NCBI GenBank assembly: GCA_040772485.1 | Contig: JAXGYC010000009.1 | Span: 96,001 to 160,000, forward strand | Source: Sedimentisphaerales bacterium | Lineage (GTDB): Bacteria; Planctomycetota; Phycisphaerae; Sedimentisphaerales; Anaerobacaceae | Reading direction: 5' to 3' | DNA length: 64,000 bases | Shown here: in pieces, positions 1 to 9,639 of the stretch | Position numbering within the stretch: the stretch's first letter is position 1 | How the letters are laid out: every line of letters begins with the position of its first letter | Notes under the pieces: model-generated | What the model saw: only the letters and a program-made list of their open reading frames with translations | What the model was told of the DNA's origin: nothing | The model's database searches: none | Translations under genes and position numbers: made by a program

Positions 1-282
1 TACACGCAGCATGTCTTCGTTGGCATCCGCGGCGAGAATCCTGCGTCCCGGCTTCTCTGCCAGCAAGGGCCAGAACCGCCCGGCCCCGCAGGGCAGATCG
101 AGCACGAGGTCGGGATCGCCCGCCAGCGCCAATGCCCGGCGGGCCATCGCCAGCTCGCGCCACGTCGTCAGCCTGTGGAAGAAGCCCGTCCGATGCTTGG
201 TGAAGTACTGGTCCGCGCGGTCGCCGCCGTATCGTTCCGAAAGCTCTGTGCCTGTGGCCTGGGCTAATTCCGAGTCTCTCAT
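1..282 (-). CDS. Class I SAM-dependent methyltransferase, 5' part (runs off the window)
   Basis: Hand translation from ATG at 282: MRDSELAQ...YFTKHRTGFFHRLTTWRELAMARRALALAGDPDLVLDLPCGAGRFWPLLAEKPGRRILAADANEDML, with SAM motif I LDLPCGAG. Not in the ORF track. Confidence 0.85.
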   Translation of the reverse strand, partial: MRDSELAQATGTELSERYGGDRADQYFTKHRTGFFHRLTTWRELAMARRALALAGDPDLVLDLPCGAGRFWPLLAEKPGRRILAADANEDMLRV

Positions 283-671
283 GTGCTACCCAGCCCTTCC
301 ATCCTGCTTGCCCGCTCCGGGACTGTTCGACGACAGAACATCTCCTCCATACGCCCAGTCCTGTGAGCCAGAATACTCACCGAACATGAAGCGAAGATGA
401 AATGGCCGGCCCAATCCGAGAAGAAATCGCCAAGTCCCTTCATCGGTTCTCCTTGCTCGCCAGACCTGTCAGTTCTCGCACCGGGCGCGACCACCCGCCA
501 AGCAGATACGGGTCAGATCGAGTTCTTTGATTCCATGACTTCACGTTCTTTTAAGCTCGCGGAGGTTAAAAGGAGGTGGGCATTGCTGGAGATTCGCTGA
601 CCGCCATGCCTTGTCTATCTGCCTCGCGAGTGGGGGGCAAGGGCTCGCTGTACGAATTCTTGGAGAGTCAA

Positions 672-1559
672 ATGCAGAAAGTTATAGTGGGAAACGTCGG
701 ATCATGGAGAAGGGGATCTTTCGTGATCGAATCCGGAGATGCGCTTCGAATCCGGACGGTATCCTCCGGGGCAGTGAACTCGGCCGTCGAAACGAAGGAT
801 CGCTTCGCCAGCACAGTGGCAGCGCAGAAGTACGTCAGGGCACTGGATGGAACGGCCATGCACCGGCGGGAAGAACGATGTATTCGCAAGGCTCTGGCCG
901 GATTGGGTGCCGGGGCACGCGTGCTCGATATTCCCAGCGGCACCAGTCGCCTGCTGCCGTTGCTGAGGGAAATGAGGTTTCAGGTGGTTGAGGCCGACTC
1001 TTCCCCCCATATGATCGAGCAGGGTCGACATTACGCGGAGAGGCGGGGCCTGCGCAACGGGACTGAGTTTCGCGTCGAGGACGCGCTCGCCACACGTTTT
1101 GCAGACGACACGTTTGACGCGCTGCTCTGTAACCGGTTGTTCCACCACTTCCGCGAAGCGGAGGTTCGCCGGCGTTGCCTTCGCGAACTGCGGCGCATCT
1201 GCCGCGGTCCGCTCATCGTTTCCTTCTTCTGCAGCTTCTCCTTTGATGCGGTCTCTTTTCGCCTGCGCCACTGGCTGCGCCGCAAGGTCGCCATGGACCG
1301 CATCCCCATACCTCTTCGCACGTTTGTCGCGGATGCGGCGGCCGCACGGCTGAGAGTGACCCGGATAAGGATGGTGTGCCCGGGGATATCGAGGCAGTGG
1401 TACGCCCGGCTGGAACGGACGGAGGACGGCCAGGACGGCAGTAGCGTCTTGGAGAGTCCTCGTGTGGCAGACTCATCCCCCGGGCCAGGCACACGAGCAG
1501 GTGACAACCGGCCGGAGGCGTGGAGATGGTTGCGGGGGCCTGCCGGACAGGTAGAATAG
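672..1559 (+). CDS. Class I SAM-dependent methyltransferase (Methyltransf_11/25-like)
   Basis: VLDIPSGTSRL motif I, EADSSPHM motif II, FDALLCNRLFHHF. Start uncertain (ATG 672 follows GGAGA). Confidence 0.8.
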   Translation: MQKVIVGNVGSWRRGSFVIESGDALRIRTVSSGAVNSAVETKDRFASTVAAQKYVRALDGTAMHRREERCIRKALAGLGAGARVLDIPSGTSRLLPLLREMRFQVVEADSSPHMIEQGRHYAERRGLRNGTEFRVEDALATRFADDTFDALLCNRLFHHFREAEVRRRCLRELRRICRGPLIVSFFCSFSFDAVSFRLRHWLRRKVAMDRIPIPLRTFVADAAAARLRVTRIRMVCPGISRQWYARLERTEDGQDGSSVLESPRVADSSPGPGTRAGDNRPEAWRWLRGPAGQVE

Positions 1560-1635
1560 GGGCGTCCGGATCGTGGGGCAGTGAAGTCTTTGTCAGGAGA
1601 CGCGGCGGTAGACGCGCCAAACCGGTGAGCCGACG

Positions 1636-2316
1636 ATGAAAGTATTGATCGTTGAAGACGAGGTTCGACTCGCCCGCAACATTGCCAAGGTGCTCCGCGA
1701 GACGACGCTGTACGCCGTCGATATCGCCACCGACGGAGAGGACGGCCTGCACCAGGGCCTTTCGAACTCGTACGACCTGATCGTGCTCGATCTGATGTTG
1801 CCGAAGGTCGACGGGCTGGAAATCCTCCGACGCCTGCGCCGCGAGGGCCGTCGCGTCCCCGTGCTCATCCTGACGGCCAGAGACACCACACAGGACATCA
1901 TCCGGGGCCTCGACGCCGGCAGCGACGATTACCTGACCAAACCCTTCGACATGGGCGAGTTCCTGGCCCGGTGCAAGGCGCTGGTGCGCCGGACCTATGA
2001 TCGCCCCGATCCGGTGATCCACATCGGCGAGCTGTCGGTCGACACGGCCGGTCGCATCGTCACCCTCCGTGGACAGCGCATCGAGCTGCGCGCGATGGAG
2101 TATCGACTCCTCGAGTACCTGGCGCTGCGCGCCGGTCAGGTGGTCAGCCGGACCGAAATCCTCGAACATCTCTACGACTTCAACGCCGAGACCTTCTCCA
2201 ACGTCATCGAGGTGTACATCTCCGCCCTGCGAAGAAAGCTGGAGGCGGGTTCCCCGTACGCCTTGATTCGAACGGTCCGAGGCCAGGGGTACGTGATCGG
2301 GGAGGGACCGGCATGA
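1636..2316 (+). CDS. OmpR/PhoB-family response regulator
   Basis: MKVLIVEDE, LIVLDLMLP, LTARD, DDYLTKPF receiver; winged-helix C-terminus IRTVRGQGY. Confidence 0.97.
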   Translation: MKVLIVEDEVRLARNIAKVLRETTLYAVDIATDGEDGLHQGLSNSYDLIVLDLMLPKVDGLEILRRLRREGRRVPVLILTARDTTQDIIRGLDAGSDDYLTKPFDMGEFLARCKALVRRTYDRPDPVIHIGELSVDTAGRIVTLRGQRIELRAMEYRLLEYLALRAGQVVSRTEILEHLYDFNAETFSNVIEVYISALRRKLEAGSPYALIRTVRGQGYVIGEGPA

Positions 2317-3737
2317 GGCCCCTGTCGATCCGGTTGCAGTTGTCCCTGATGATGTCCCTGCTGACCCTGATCATCATCGCGGTGTTGTCCACGGCGGCGT
2401 ACATCGAGTTCAAGGAGTCCCTGCTGAGGAACATCGACACGACACTGACAGCAATGGCGCAGGGAATTCGGGCGGAACTCGACGAAGAGGACACCGGAGA
2501 GCGCCGGGAAGCCGAACTGCGAGCGATTACGGGAAGCGACACATCCAGACGTCACGGTCGGTATCGGGTCTGGGTGGACGGCGGTGACGAAGACCTGTTC
2601 CGCAGCGATCCGCCCGACGAGCCGCTCATGCAGCAGTTGCTCCGTCTTCCGCCCGCCGAACAGCCGGACGTGGGATCGTTACAGCTATTCAACGTCGCCG
2701 AGGGGACGGGGTTGGGCGCGTTCCGCGTGATCTGGATGCGCTATCGCATCGGGCCGGAAGTCATGAACATCCTGGTGGCTCGCTCCAGCGCGCACGTGTA
2801 TCACGAGGTGGGGGAGTTCCTTCGTCTTCTACTGGCGCTGGGTGGTTCCGTCACGCTACTGGCCGTTCTGCTCGTGCGGACGATTGTCTCGTGGGGATTG
2901 CGCCCGATTGCCCATGCGGGCCGGCGACTGGAGCAGATCACGCATCGCAGTCTCGGTGACGAGGTGCAGGTGATGGGCGAGGTTCCCGCCGAGCTGCGTC
3001 CCTTCAAGTCTGCTCTGGAGAGAATGCTGCTGCGTCTGAACAAGACCCTGCAGCAGCAGGAGCAGCTCACCGCCGACGTGGCGCACGAACTGCGGACACC
3101 TTTGGCAATCATGAAAAGCACCCTTCAGGCCCTGCGGATGCAGCCGCGCAAGGCGTCCGAATACGAAGAGGGAGTGGACGATGCGCTGCTGGACGTCAGT
3201 CGGATGGAGCAACTGGTCGGACAGCTCCTGACCTTGGCGCGTCTGGATGCGGCGGATGAGCTGCCCGATCCGGCCGAAGTCCGCCTGGACGTTCTGTTGA
3301 GGTCCCTGGCGGAGGCCTTCGGCGATCCGGCCGCTCGGCAGGGGGCGACCGTCACGTGGACCGACGGCCCGGCTTCCTCCGTCCGAGGCAACGAGACGGA
3401 ACTGCGACAGCTCTTCAGCAATCTGATCGACAACGCGCTGCGGCACGGTCCGCGCACCGGAGACGTGCGGATCACGCTGGAAGATGGGCCGGGTCCGCAG
3501 GTCACGGTCTGCGTGCACGACGAGGGCGGCGGCATCCCGCCCCAGAAGCTGCCGTATGTGTTCGACCGTCTCTATCGCGTGGATCCCTCACGATCGCAGA
3601 CGGGCGGCGGGGCGGGACTGGGCCTGGCCATCGCGCGCCAGATCGTGCTACGACACCACGGGACGATCGTCATCACCTCCAATCCGCAGATCGGCACCTC
3701 CGTCACCGTCCAATTGCCTCGGGACGAACGCGCGTGA
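2313..3737 (+). CDS. Sensor histidine kinase (HAMP-HisKA-HATPase)
   Basis: Two TM segments, H-box DVAHELRTPL, N-box NLIDNALRH, G boxes DEGGGI and GAGLGLAI; ATGA overlap with the regulator. Confidence 0.97.
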   Translation: MRPLSIRLQLSLMMSLLTLIIIAVLSTAAYIEFKESLLRNIDTTLTAMAQGIRAELDEEDTGERREAELRAITGSDTSRRHGRYRVWVDGGDEDLFRSDPPDEPLMQQLLRLPPAEQPDVGSLQLFNVAEGTGLGAFRVIWMRYRIGPEVMNILVARSSAHVYHEVGEFLRLLLALGGSVTLLAVLLVRTIVSWGLRPIAHAGRRLEQITHRSLGDEVQVMGEVPAELRPFKSALERMLLRLNKTLQQQEQLTADVAHELRTPLAIMKSTLQALRMQPRKASEYEEGVDDALLDVSRMEQLVGQLLTLARLDAADELPDPAEVRLDVLLRSLAEAFGDPAARQGATVTWTDGPASSVRGNETELRQLFSNLIDNALRHGPRTGDVRITLEDGPGPQVTVCVHDEGGGIPPQKLPYVFDRLYRVDPSRSQTGGGAGLGLAIARQIVLRHHGTIVITSNPQIGTSVTVQLPRDERA

Positions 3738-3774
3738 ATGCGGCCCTGCCGGGCCTGCCTCAGAGGAGGCGGTC

Positions 3775-4398
3775 CTACGGGCCGGCGGCCCGGACCATGG
3801 CGGCGAAATACTCGATGCGTCCGGTCTTGAAAAGCTGGTACCAGGCGTCGAGGACCGCCGGACGATACAGATCGAGGCGGCGGAAGATGTGCAGCGCGAA
3901 CTCCAGCGGCGCCAGACCCGAGGCGGTGATGACGTCACGATCCGTCACCGCGGGCGCCTCCCCATAGAGCGCGGCGCCGCGGTATTTCGTCGCCGCCAGG
4001 TAGTCCCGCGCGTTGCTCGTGTGCCGACGGTCGTCCAGCAGGCCCCCGCGCGCCAGCGCCGCCGTCGCGCCGCAGATGGCCGCGACGGGCACGCCCGCCT
4101 CCAGAAACGCGCGGGCCAGTTCCACCGCTTCGGTGTGCTTGCCCTGGTCCCAGGCGACGCCGCCCGGCAGGATGAGCATCGCGCTGTCGGCGGGACGAAT
4201 TGCGTCGAGCGTCAGGTCGGGCACGATTCGAATCCCGCCCATCGTCACCACGCTGCCCTCTTGCGGCGCGACGGTGCGAACGCGATACCGGCCCGGCTGC
4301 TGCTGGAACTGCGGATCGCTGATCCCCGCGACCGCATAAGCCGCCTCCCAGTCGGACAGACCGTCGAACACAAACACGTGCACATCCCGCGGTTCCAT
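3775..4398 (-). CDS. DJ-1/PfpI family protein (YdeA-like)
   Basis: FDGLSDWEAAY, LILPGG, nucleophile elbow AAICGAT, VITASG. Confidence 0.9.
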   Translation of the reverse strand: MEPRDVHVFVFDGLSDWEAAYAVAGISDPQFQQQPGRYRVRTVAPQEGSVVTMGGIRIVPDLTLDAIRPADSAMLILPGGVAWDQGKHTEAVELARAFLEAGVPVAAICGATAALARGGLLDDRRHTSNARDYLAATKYRGAALYGEAPAVTDRDVITASGLAPLEFALHIFRRLDLYRPAVLDAWYQLFKTGRIEYFAAMVRAAGP

Positions 4399-4503
4399 AT
4401 CTTATCCTTCTATCGGATCGATCTCGGCATCGACGGTGTTCTGAGATGTGTGCGCCAAGCCCGCCAACCATCCCCAAGCTTCGCTTGAGGCTGCCACCCA
4501 GCC

Positions 4504-4528
4504 GTAGGGGCGAATCATGATTCGCCCT
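4504..4528 (+). repeat. GTAG-type REP palindrome (family D); second copy at 13382-13406
   Basis: GTAG-GGGCGAATCATGATTCGCCC; related GTAG-GGGCGACGCATGCGTCGCCC at 13382. Confidence 0.7.
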
Positions 4529-5420
4529 GCCGTGGCGCGTGACGAACGTGCCGGACGATGTTCTGGACGGTGTCGATCCAGATCCCGTTGTTCGGGTCGT
4601 GGGCGTATTGGCAGATGGCTTCGAGCGTGTCGATCCGCGTGGTCTGGCGTCCGCCCTCGGCGATCTCGTGGCCGGCGAAGACCAGCCACGAGCCGTTTTC
4701 GACGGCGGTGTCGATGAGCTTCTTCGCGGCGGCAAAGTCGCGTCCGTCCAGCTCGATGCCGAGCAGTTGGGCCGGGTCGCAGAGCGCCGGGTCGTTGGCC
4801 GCCTCGTCCATCCAGCCGCGTCCGGCCTGGAACATCCGCGCCACCAGCGGCACGTAGCTGCGCAGATGCGTCCCGCGCCCGACGAACTTCTGGCCGCACG
4901 GATAGGCGAAGGTGGCCGGCCGCACGCCCACCGCCGACGCAATGACGCGGTTCGCCTCCTCCAGCTCCCGCTCCATCTGGCGCAGCGTGTAGTCCTCCAG
5001 CGCCTTGTCCCGCGCGAAGGAGAAGTTGCCGGTGCAGGGGTGACGCATTGAGTGATTGCCGATCTCGTGACCGTTGGCCAGCGCCTGCTTCCACGCGGGC
5101 AGGTGGGCCTGGAACGGACCGGGTGACACGTAGAACGTCGCCTTGACGTCGCAGCGGTCGAGCAGCGGCAGACCCACCTGCGCCTGGCTGACGCGCGCAT
5201 CGTCGAACGTCAGGCTCAGCGCCGCCCGCTTACCCTCCGGCCAGACGAACGCGGCGCGCTGCCTGGCGGGCGTGCCATAGGGATCGCCCCCCACGCCGTC
5301 CGTCTTGGAGTTCTCCCTTGCGCACCCGCCGCCGATCGCCGGCAGCAAGCCCGCCGCCACCGTCATTCGAATGGTATCCCGCCGCGTGATGCAACCGCGC
5401 CGACTCGCATCTCGATCCAT
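4515..5420 (-). CDS. Polysaccharide deacetylase (CE4/NodB) family, probable Tat-exported lipoprotein
   Basis: LSLTFDD, HEIGNHSMRHP, FAYPCG motifs; N-terminal TRRDTI plus GGGC lipobox-like site. Confidence 0.88.
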   Translation of the reverse strand: MDRDASRRGCITRRDTIRMTVAAGLLPAIGGGCARENSKTDGVGGDPYGTPARQRAAFVWPEGKRAALSLTFDDARVSQAQVGLPLLDRCDVKATFYVSPGPFQAHLPAWKQALANGHEIGNHSMRHPCTGNFSFARDKALEDYTLRQMERELEEANRVIASAVGVRPATFAYPCGQKFVGRGTHLRSYVPLVARMFQAGRGWMDEAANDPALCDPAQLLGIELDGRDFAAAKKLIDTAVENGSWLVFAGHEIAEGGRQTTRIDTLEAICQYAHDPNNGIWIDTVQNIVRHVRHAPRQGES

Positions 5421-5478
5421 CGTTCACCTCATCGCACTCTCATCTCTCGCGTGGTCCGTTTCGCAAGAGCCACGTCCC

Positions 5479-7308
5479 TCACGAAGCGGAGCGAAGCTCG
5501 AAGCAGTTCAGAAGCGGTTTGTATTTCTTGACAAAACAGCTCTGCCACGCCAGCTTTCCGGCGGCGGAGCAGTCCATGGGCAGGGCCTGCACGGAAATCG
5601 AGTCGCAGACGGCCCGCCAGGCGTCGACCTGCGAGCGTTCCAGCGTCAGCCGGCGGCGCAGGTCGAGCGTCTCGCCGACGTAGAGCTTGTTCGTGCGGGT
5701 CCGGCTGAGCACATACAGGCCAGGCTCGGCCGGCAGGCCCGCCGCCTTCAGATCGTCGATCGGCCAGGCCTGGCCGAACCGCGGCCCCATCGGCCGCAGC
5801 GTCTCGAGCACGCTGGCCCGGCTCCGCGCGGTCTTCGCCTCCTTGCGCAACTTCAGCGCCGCCCAGCGGTACTCGCGCGGCCGGTATCCCGGCGCGAACT
5901 GCGCGGCGCGGCGGTCGAATTCGGTCGCCAGGGCCGGATCGCAGAGAATCTCATCGAGGCTTCCGGCCGCCTTGTCGTTCCGCAGGCTCTGCCAGGCAAT
6001 CTCGCTGGCGAAGATGTACCGGTCGCAGTCCTCCCACGACAGGTCCGTCGCATGCGCCGTTGGGATGTGGGCCAGCTTGCCCGCCTTGCGCAGCCGAAAC
6101 AGCAGCGTGTTCCACGTCCGCGCATCGCCGACCAGGCCCAGCTTCGCGCACGCCGCGACGAACGCCTCGTCCAGATCAGGGTCCGCGACGACGCGGTCTG
6201 CACTGAACCCCTCGTGCGTCCGCGCGAAGGCCTCCGCGACGCCTTGCAGCGTCAGTTCGAGCTGCGCCCGGTCATAGCGCTGTTCGCTTTCGCGCACGCG
6301 GTCGCGTCTGGTTTGTGTCGTTCGCGTTCTTTTCGACCCGCCCTTGGTTCCGCCGCGGTCCGTTCGCGGGGCGCTCTTGACCGGCTCGGGCGAGCCGTCG
6401 AGCCGGTCGCCCACGCGGATCGCGGCCAGCCGTTCCAGGCCGTACTGCACATAGTCCTTCGAGATGTCGAATCCGAGGAATCGCCGGCCCAGCTTCTTGG
6501 CCACCGCCAGCGTCGTGGCGCTGCCCGAGAAGGGGTCGAGCACCAATTCGCCCGGATTCGAGCAGGTGCGGATGATGCGGCCGAGCAGTTGCTCGGGCAT
6601 CTGGCAGCCGTGGAAACCGGCGCGTTCACGAAACGTGCCGGCCACGCGCGGGAAGTACCACGTGTCCTCCGTCGAGCCGAACGCGTGCTCCAGGTCCTGC
6701 GGCCGCAGCGTGTAGGTCCGCTCGGCATCGGCCGGCGCCGGCATCGACGCGGGCGCCCACGTACCGTCGTCGCCGACCAGTTCGCCTGCGGTGCCGGCGG
6801 GACGGATGATCCACGTGTCGTCGGGCAGCCGGCCCTTCGGGTTGGCCCGCTGGTCGTTATAGACCAGCTCGCGCGCCGAGGGCACGCGATTGTCGAGGTC
6901 GTCGTCGCGAAACGTGAAGTGGTCCCGGTCCTTGACGAAATGGAACAGGTGGGTGTGTGACCGCGTGAACTTCCGGGCGCAGTTGACGCCGAAGGTGTAG
7001 TACCAGATCACCCAACTGCGGCAGTGGAACTCGGCCTTCTGGCCTTCGAGTTTCAGCTCGGCGGCGTAGTCGTCGCCGATGGCCAGCCAGAACGTCCCAT
7101 CGGACTTGAGCGCGCGATGGACCGCCGCGATCCACCGGCCGCACCAGTCGATGTACTGCTGGTGCTCGACGGAGTCTTCGTACACATCGTAGCGGTAGCC
7201 GATGTTGAACGGCGGGTCCGCAAAGACCAGATCGACGCTGCCTGCCGGGAGCCGGTTCATCCCTTCGATGCAGTCACCCAGCCGTATCGTGTTGTAGTTC
7301 TCATCCAT
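5479..7308 (-). CDS. Beta-class N6/N4 DNA methyltransferase fused to a helical region and a C-terminal GIY-YIG-like domain
   Basis: Motif IV FADPPFNIG precedes motif I VLDPFSGSATT; C-terminus GLYVLSRTRTNKLYVGETLDLRRRL. Confidence 0.88.
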   Translation of the reverse strand: MDENYNTIRLGDCIEGMNRLPAGSVDLVFADPPFNIGYRYDVYEDSVEHQQYIDWCGRWIAAVHRALKSDGTFWLAIGDDYAAELKLEGQKAEFHCRSWVIWYYTFGVNCARKFTRSHTHLFHFVKDRDHFTFRDDDLDNRVPSARELVYNDQRANPKGRLPDDTWIIRPAGTAGELVGDDGTWAPASMPAPADAERTYTLRPQDLEHAFGSTEDTWYFPRVAGTFRERAGFHGCQMPEQLLGRIIRTCSNPGELVLDPFSGSATTLAVAKKLGRRFLGFDISKDYVQYGLERLAAIRVGDRLDGSPEPVKSAPRTDRGGTKGGSKRTRTTQTRRDRVRESEQRYDRAQLELTLQGVAEAFARTHEGFSADRVVADPDLDEAFVAACAKLGLVGDARTWNTLLFRLRKAGKLAHIPTAHATDLSWEDCDRYIFASEIAWQSLRNDKAAGSLDEILCDPALATEFDRRAAQFAPGYRPREYRWAALKLRKEAKTARSRASVLETLRPMGPRFGQAWPIDDLKAAGLPAEPGLYVLSRTRTNKLYVGETLDLRRRLTLERSQVDAWRAVCDSISVQALPMDCSAAGKLAWQSCFVKKYKPLLNCFELRSAS

Positions 7309-7450
7309 GGCCGACCATCCCCTGTCGAGCCGGACGTCCACGCCGCCCGGATCGGTCCAATAAACGCCGCGATTATAGCGCGACGCACCCCCGTCGGCAA
7401 GACCGCAAGGCGCATCTCGTAGTCCATGCCCGCCCGGCAGGGAATTCGAT

Positions 7451-7480
7451 TTGACGAATCGCCCTGCGGAGTCTTACACT
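7451..7480 (+). promoter_or_regulatory. Sigma70-like promoter of the MNT-HepT pair (leaderless geometry)
   Basis: TTGACG-18 nt-TACACT, ATG 6 nt downstream, no SD. Confidence 0.55.
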
Positions 7481-7486
7481 GAAGCC

Positions 7487-7792
7487 ATGGTGAAGGAAGA
7501 GCTTACAGCACGATTGCGTAGCGCCGTCGAAGACAGCCCGTACCGGGCCAGCATCCGCTCCGTTGCCCTCTTCGGTTCATATCTTCACGGCACGGCCACT
7601 GACGACAGCGACATCGATGTGCTGATCGATTTCGACCCTCAGGCGACCGTCGGTCTGTTCGAGTTCGTCGAGATTCAGGAGCAGCTCTCCGAGGCGCTCG
7701 GTCGCCGGGTCGATCTGGTGACCCCGCAGTCCCTCAGCAAGTACTTTCGTGACGAGGTGTTGAAGCAAGCGGAACGCGTCTATGGATTCTGA
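7487..7792 (+). CDS. mntA: Minimal nucleotidyltransferase antitoxin (MntA-like)
   Basis: LFGSYLHGTATDDSDIDVLIDF motif, LGRRVDLVT; about 100 aa. Confidence 0.92.
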   Translation: MVKEELTARLRSAVEDSPYRASIRSVALFGSYLHGTATDDSDIDVLIDFDPQATVGLFEFVEIQEQLSEALGRRVDLVTPQSLSKYFRDEVLKQAERVYGF

Positions 7793-8120
7793 TCTCACCT
7801 ATCTGTTCCATATCCGCGACGCGATCGCGAAGATCGATCGCTACATCGCGCAGACCGACTACGAGGCATTCTGCACCAACGACATGATGATCGACGCCGT
7901 GGTGAGGGAGTTGGAAATCATCGGCGAGGCCGCAAAGCATCTTTCCGATGCTTTTGTCTCACAGCATGGGGATGTTCCGTGGCATCGAATCAAGGCCATG
8001 CGAAACGTCCTGATCCACGAGTATTTCGGCGTCGTTCTTAAGGTTGTATGGGACACTTGCCACAGCAATCTGCCGATACTCAAGGGCTTCATACAGAGGG
8101 TCCTCGCCGACCAGCCGTGA
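7782..8120 (+). CDS. hepT: DUF86/HepT-like HEPN ribonuclease toxin
   Basis: AVVRELEIIGEAAK and R-x4-H-x-Y motif MRNVLIHEY; overlaps mntA. Confidence 0.92.
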   Translation: MDSDLTYLFHIRDAIAKIDRYIAQTDYEAFCTNDMMIDAVVRELEIIGEAAKHLSDAFVSQHGDVPWHRIKAMRNVLIHEYFGVVLKVVWDTCHSNLPILKGFIQRVLADQP

Positions 8121-8292
8121 CCGGGTTCCGGCCGGTGCGTGTGAATCGCAGGTTGCGCATTCGGCTGCCTGTGCCTGTCATCTCCTCTCAGAGCGCACCC
8201 GACCTCCCGTTGATTCGGCTCGAGCCTGTGTGTACCATCTATCACACATCATAGAACAGTGCCAATCGGAGGGATGGAGAAAGGATGGACAC

Positions 8293-9351
8293 ATGACAGG
8301 TACGCCAAGGACCTTGTTGGTTGTATCGGGCATTCTGCTTTCTGCCGTCGCGCTGACGGGGTGTCGAACGAGCGGGGGCGGGGCGATCCGCCTCGATGAG
8401 ACGATGGAGACCGGCACGTGGCGCATCCTGGCCGATGTTCCGGTGGGGCGTTTCGGGGGAGCGGCGGCGGTGGTGGACGGCCGCCTGCACCTGTTTGGCG
8501 GGGTCAACATGAATCCGCACACGCCGGAAGGCCAGGACAAGGCCGAGGCCGTCGACCTGCACCACGTGTACGATCCCGCGAGCGATCGCTGGTGGGAGGC
8601 CGCGCCGATGCCCGACAAGAAGGGCTGGCCCGCCATTGCCGTGTACCAGGACAGGATCTACATCTTCGGCGGCGACAACAAGGCCATCGACCGAAGCATG
8701 ACGACCGAGTCGTGGGTCTACGACCCCCAAACGGACACGTACCGGACCATCGCGCCGCTGCCGCACCCGCGGTCCTACTGTCATGCGGTGCCCGTCGGCC
8801 GGTACATCTACATCTTCGGCGCGCGGACCCTGCGGTCCGACGGCCGGGCCGACCGCAGCACCTTCCGCTACGATCCGCGCCAGGACACCTACACCCGCAT
8901 GGCCGACCTGCCCGAAGGCGCCCGGTTCATCGTGCACGGCAGCTACAAAGGCTGCATCTACGCCGTCCACGGAGAGACCGATCTGGAGACCTACGCCGAC
9001 GGCGTGCTGAAGTATGACGTCGCCGCCGACAAGTGGACAAAGCTGGCGATCCCGCGGATCGAACAGCGCAAGTGGTACCTCAGCCAGCATTCGACCCACG
9101 TGGCGATCGGCTCGAAGCTGTTCATTCTGGGCGGCTGGAGCAAGGTCACCGATTCGCGCAGCGACAAGGCGACGTATTTCGACATGGCCACGGAGACGTT
9201 CGGCCAAGTCGCGCCGATGCCCAACGGGCGCTGTTGCGGCGCCGCCGGCGTGATCGGCGGCAAGCTCTACGTCGCCGGCGGATTCTGGCAGTGGGTCGAC
9301 GACGTCTGCGAATGCCAGGAGACCTGGGGCTTTCCTTTCCCCCCGCCGTAG
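8293..9351 (+). CDS. Kelch-repeat beta-propeller lipoprotein
   Basis: Lipobox ALTGC; repeated IYIFGG...YDP..D.W units. Confidence 0.88.
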   Translation: MTGTPRTLLVVSGILLSAVALTGCRTSGGGAIRLDETMETGTWRILADVPVGRFGGAAAVVDGRLHLFGGVNMNPHTPEGQDKAEAVDLHHVYDPASDRWWEAAPMPDKKGWPAIAVYQDRIYIFGGDNKAIDRSMTTESWVYDPQTDTYRTIAPLPHPRSYCHAVPVGRYIYIFGARTLRSDGRADRSTFRYDPRQDTYTRMADLPEGARFIVHGSYKGCIYAVHGETDLETYADGVLKYDVAADKWTKLAIPRIEQRKWYLSQHSTHVAIGSKLFILGGWSKVTDSRSDKATYFDMATETFGQVAPMPNGRCCGAAGVIGGKLYVAGGFWQWVDDVCECQETWGFPFPPP

Positions 9352-9426
9352 TCGGCGCCTCTGCATCCTCCTGGATGATGGGCATACACCTTCGGCATTC
9401 TTCGCGAGGAAAAGGCCGTTTGTCAC

Positions 9427-9455
9427 TTGCTATTCTTGTCTGCGATATCCATAAT
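9427..9455 (+). promoter_or_regulatory. Candidate sigma70 promoter of the precursor-barrel-C39 unit
   Basis: TTGCTA-17 nt-CATAAT about 185 nt upstream of ATG 9640. Confidence 0.4.
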
Positions 9456-9639
9456 TTGTATGGCGGCGGGCAGAAGCGAAGGCTTTCGATGTATTGCGGA
9501 TTCGTCAGACGAGACCACAGATCCCGAGGCCGTTCTACCATCACGAGGGAATCACTCGACGGTCCGCGCGGCTTCGGGTCGCATCCGCCATTCGTTTTCG
9601 TCATCGGCAGTATTCTTCATTTTGGGGGGGGCGTTAACC

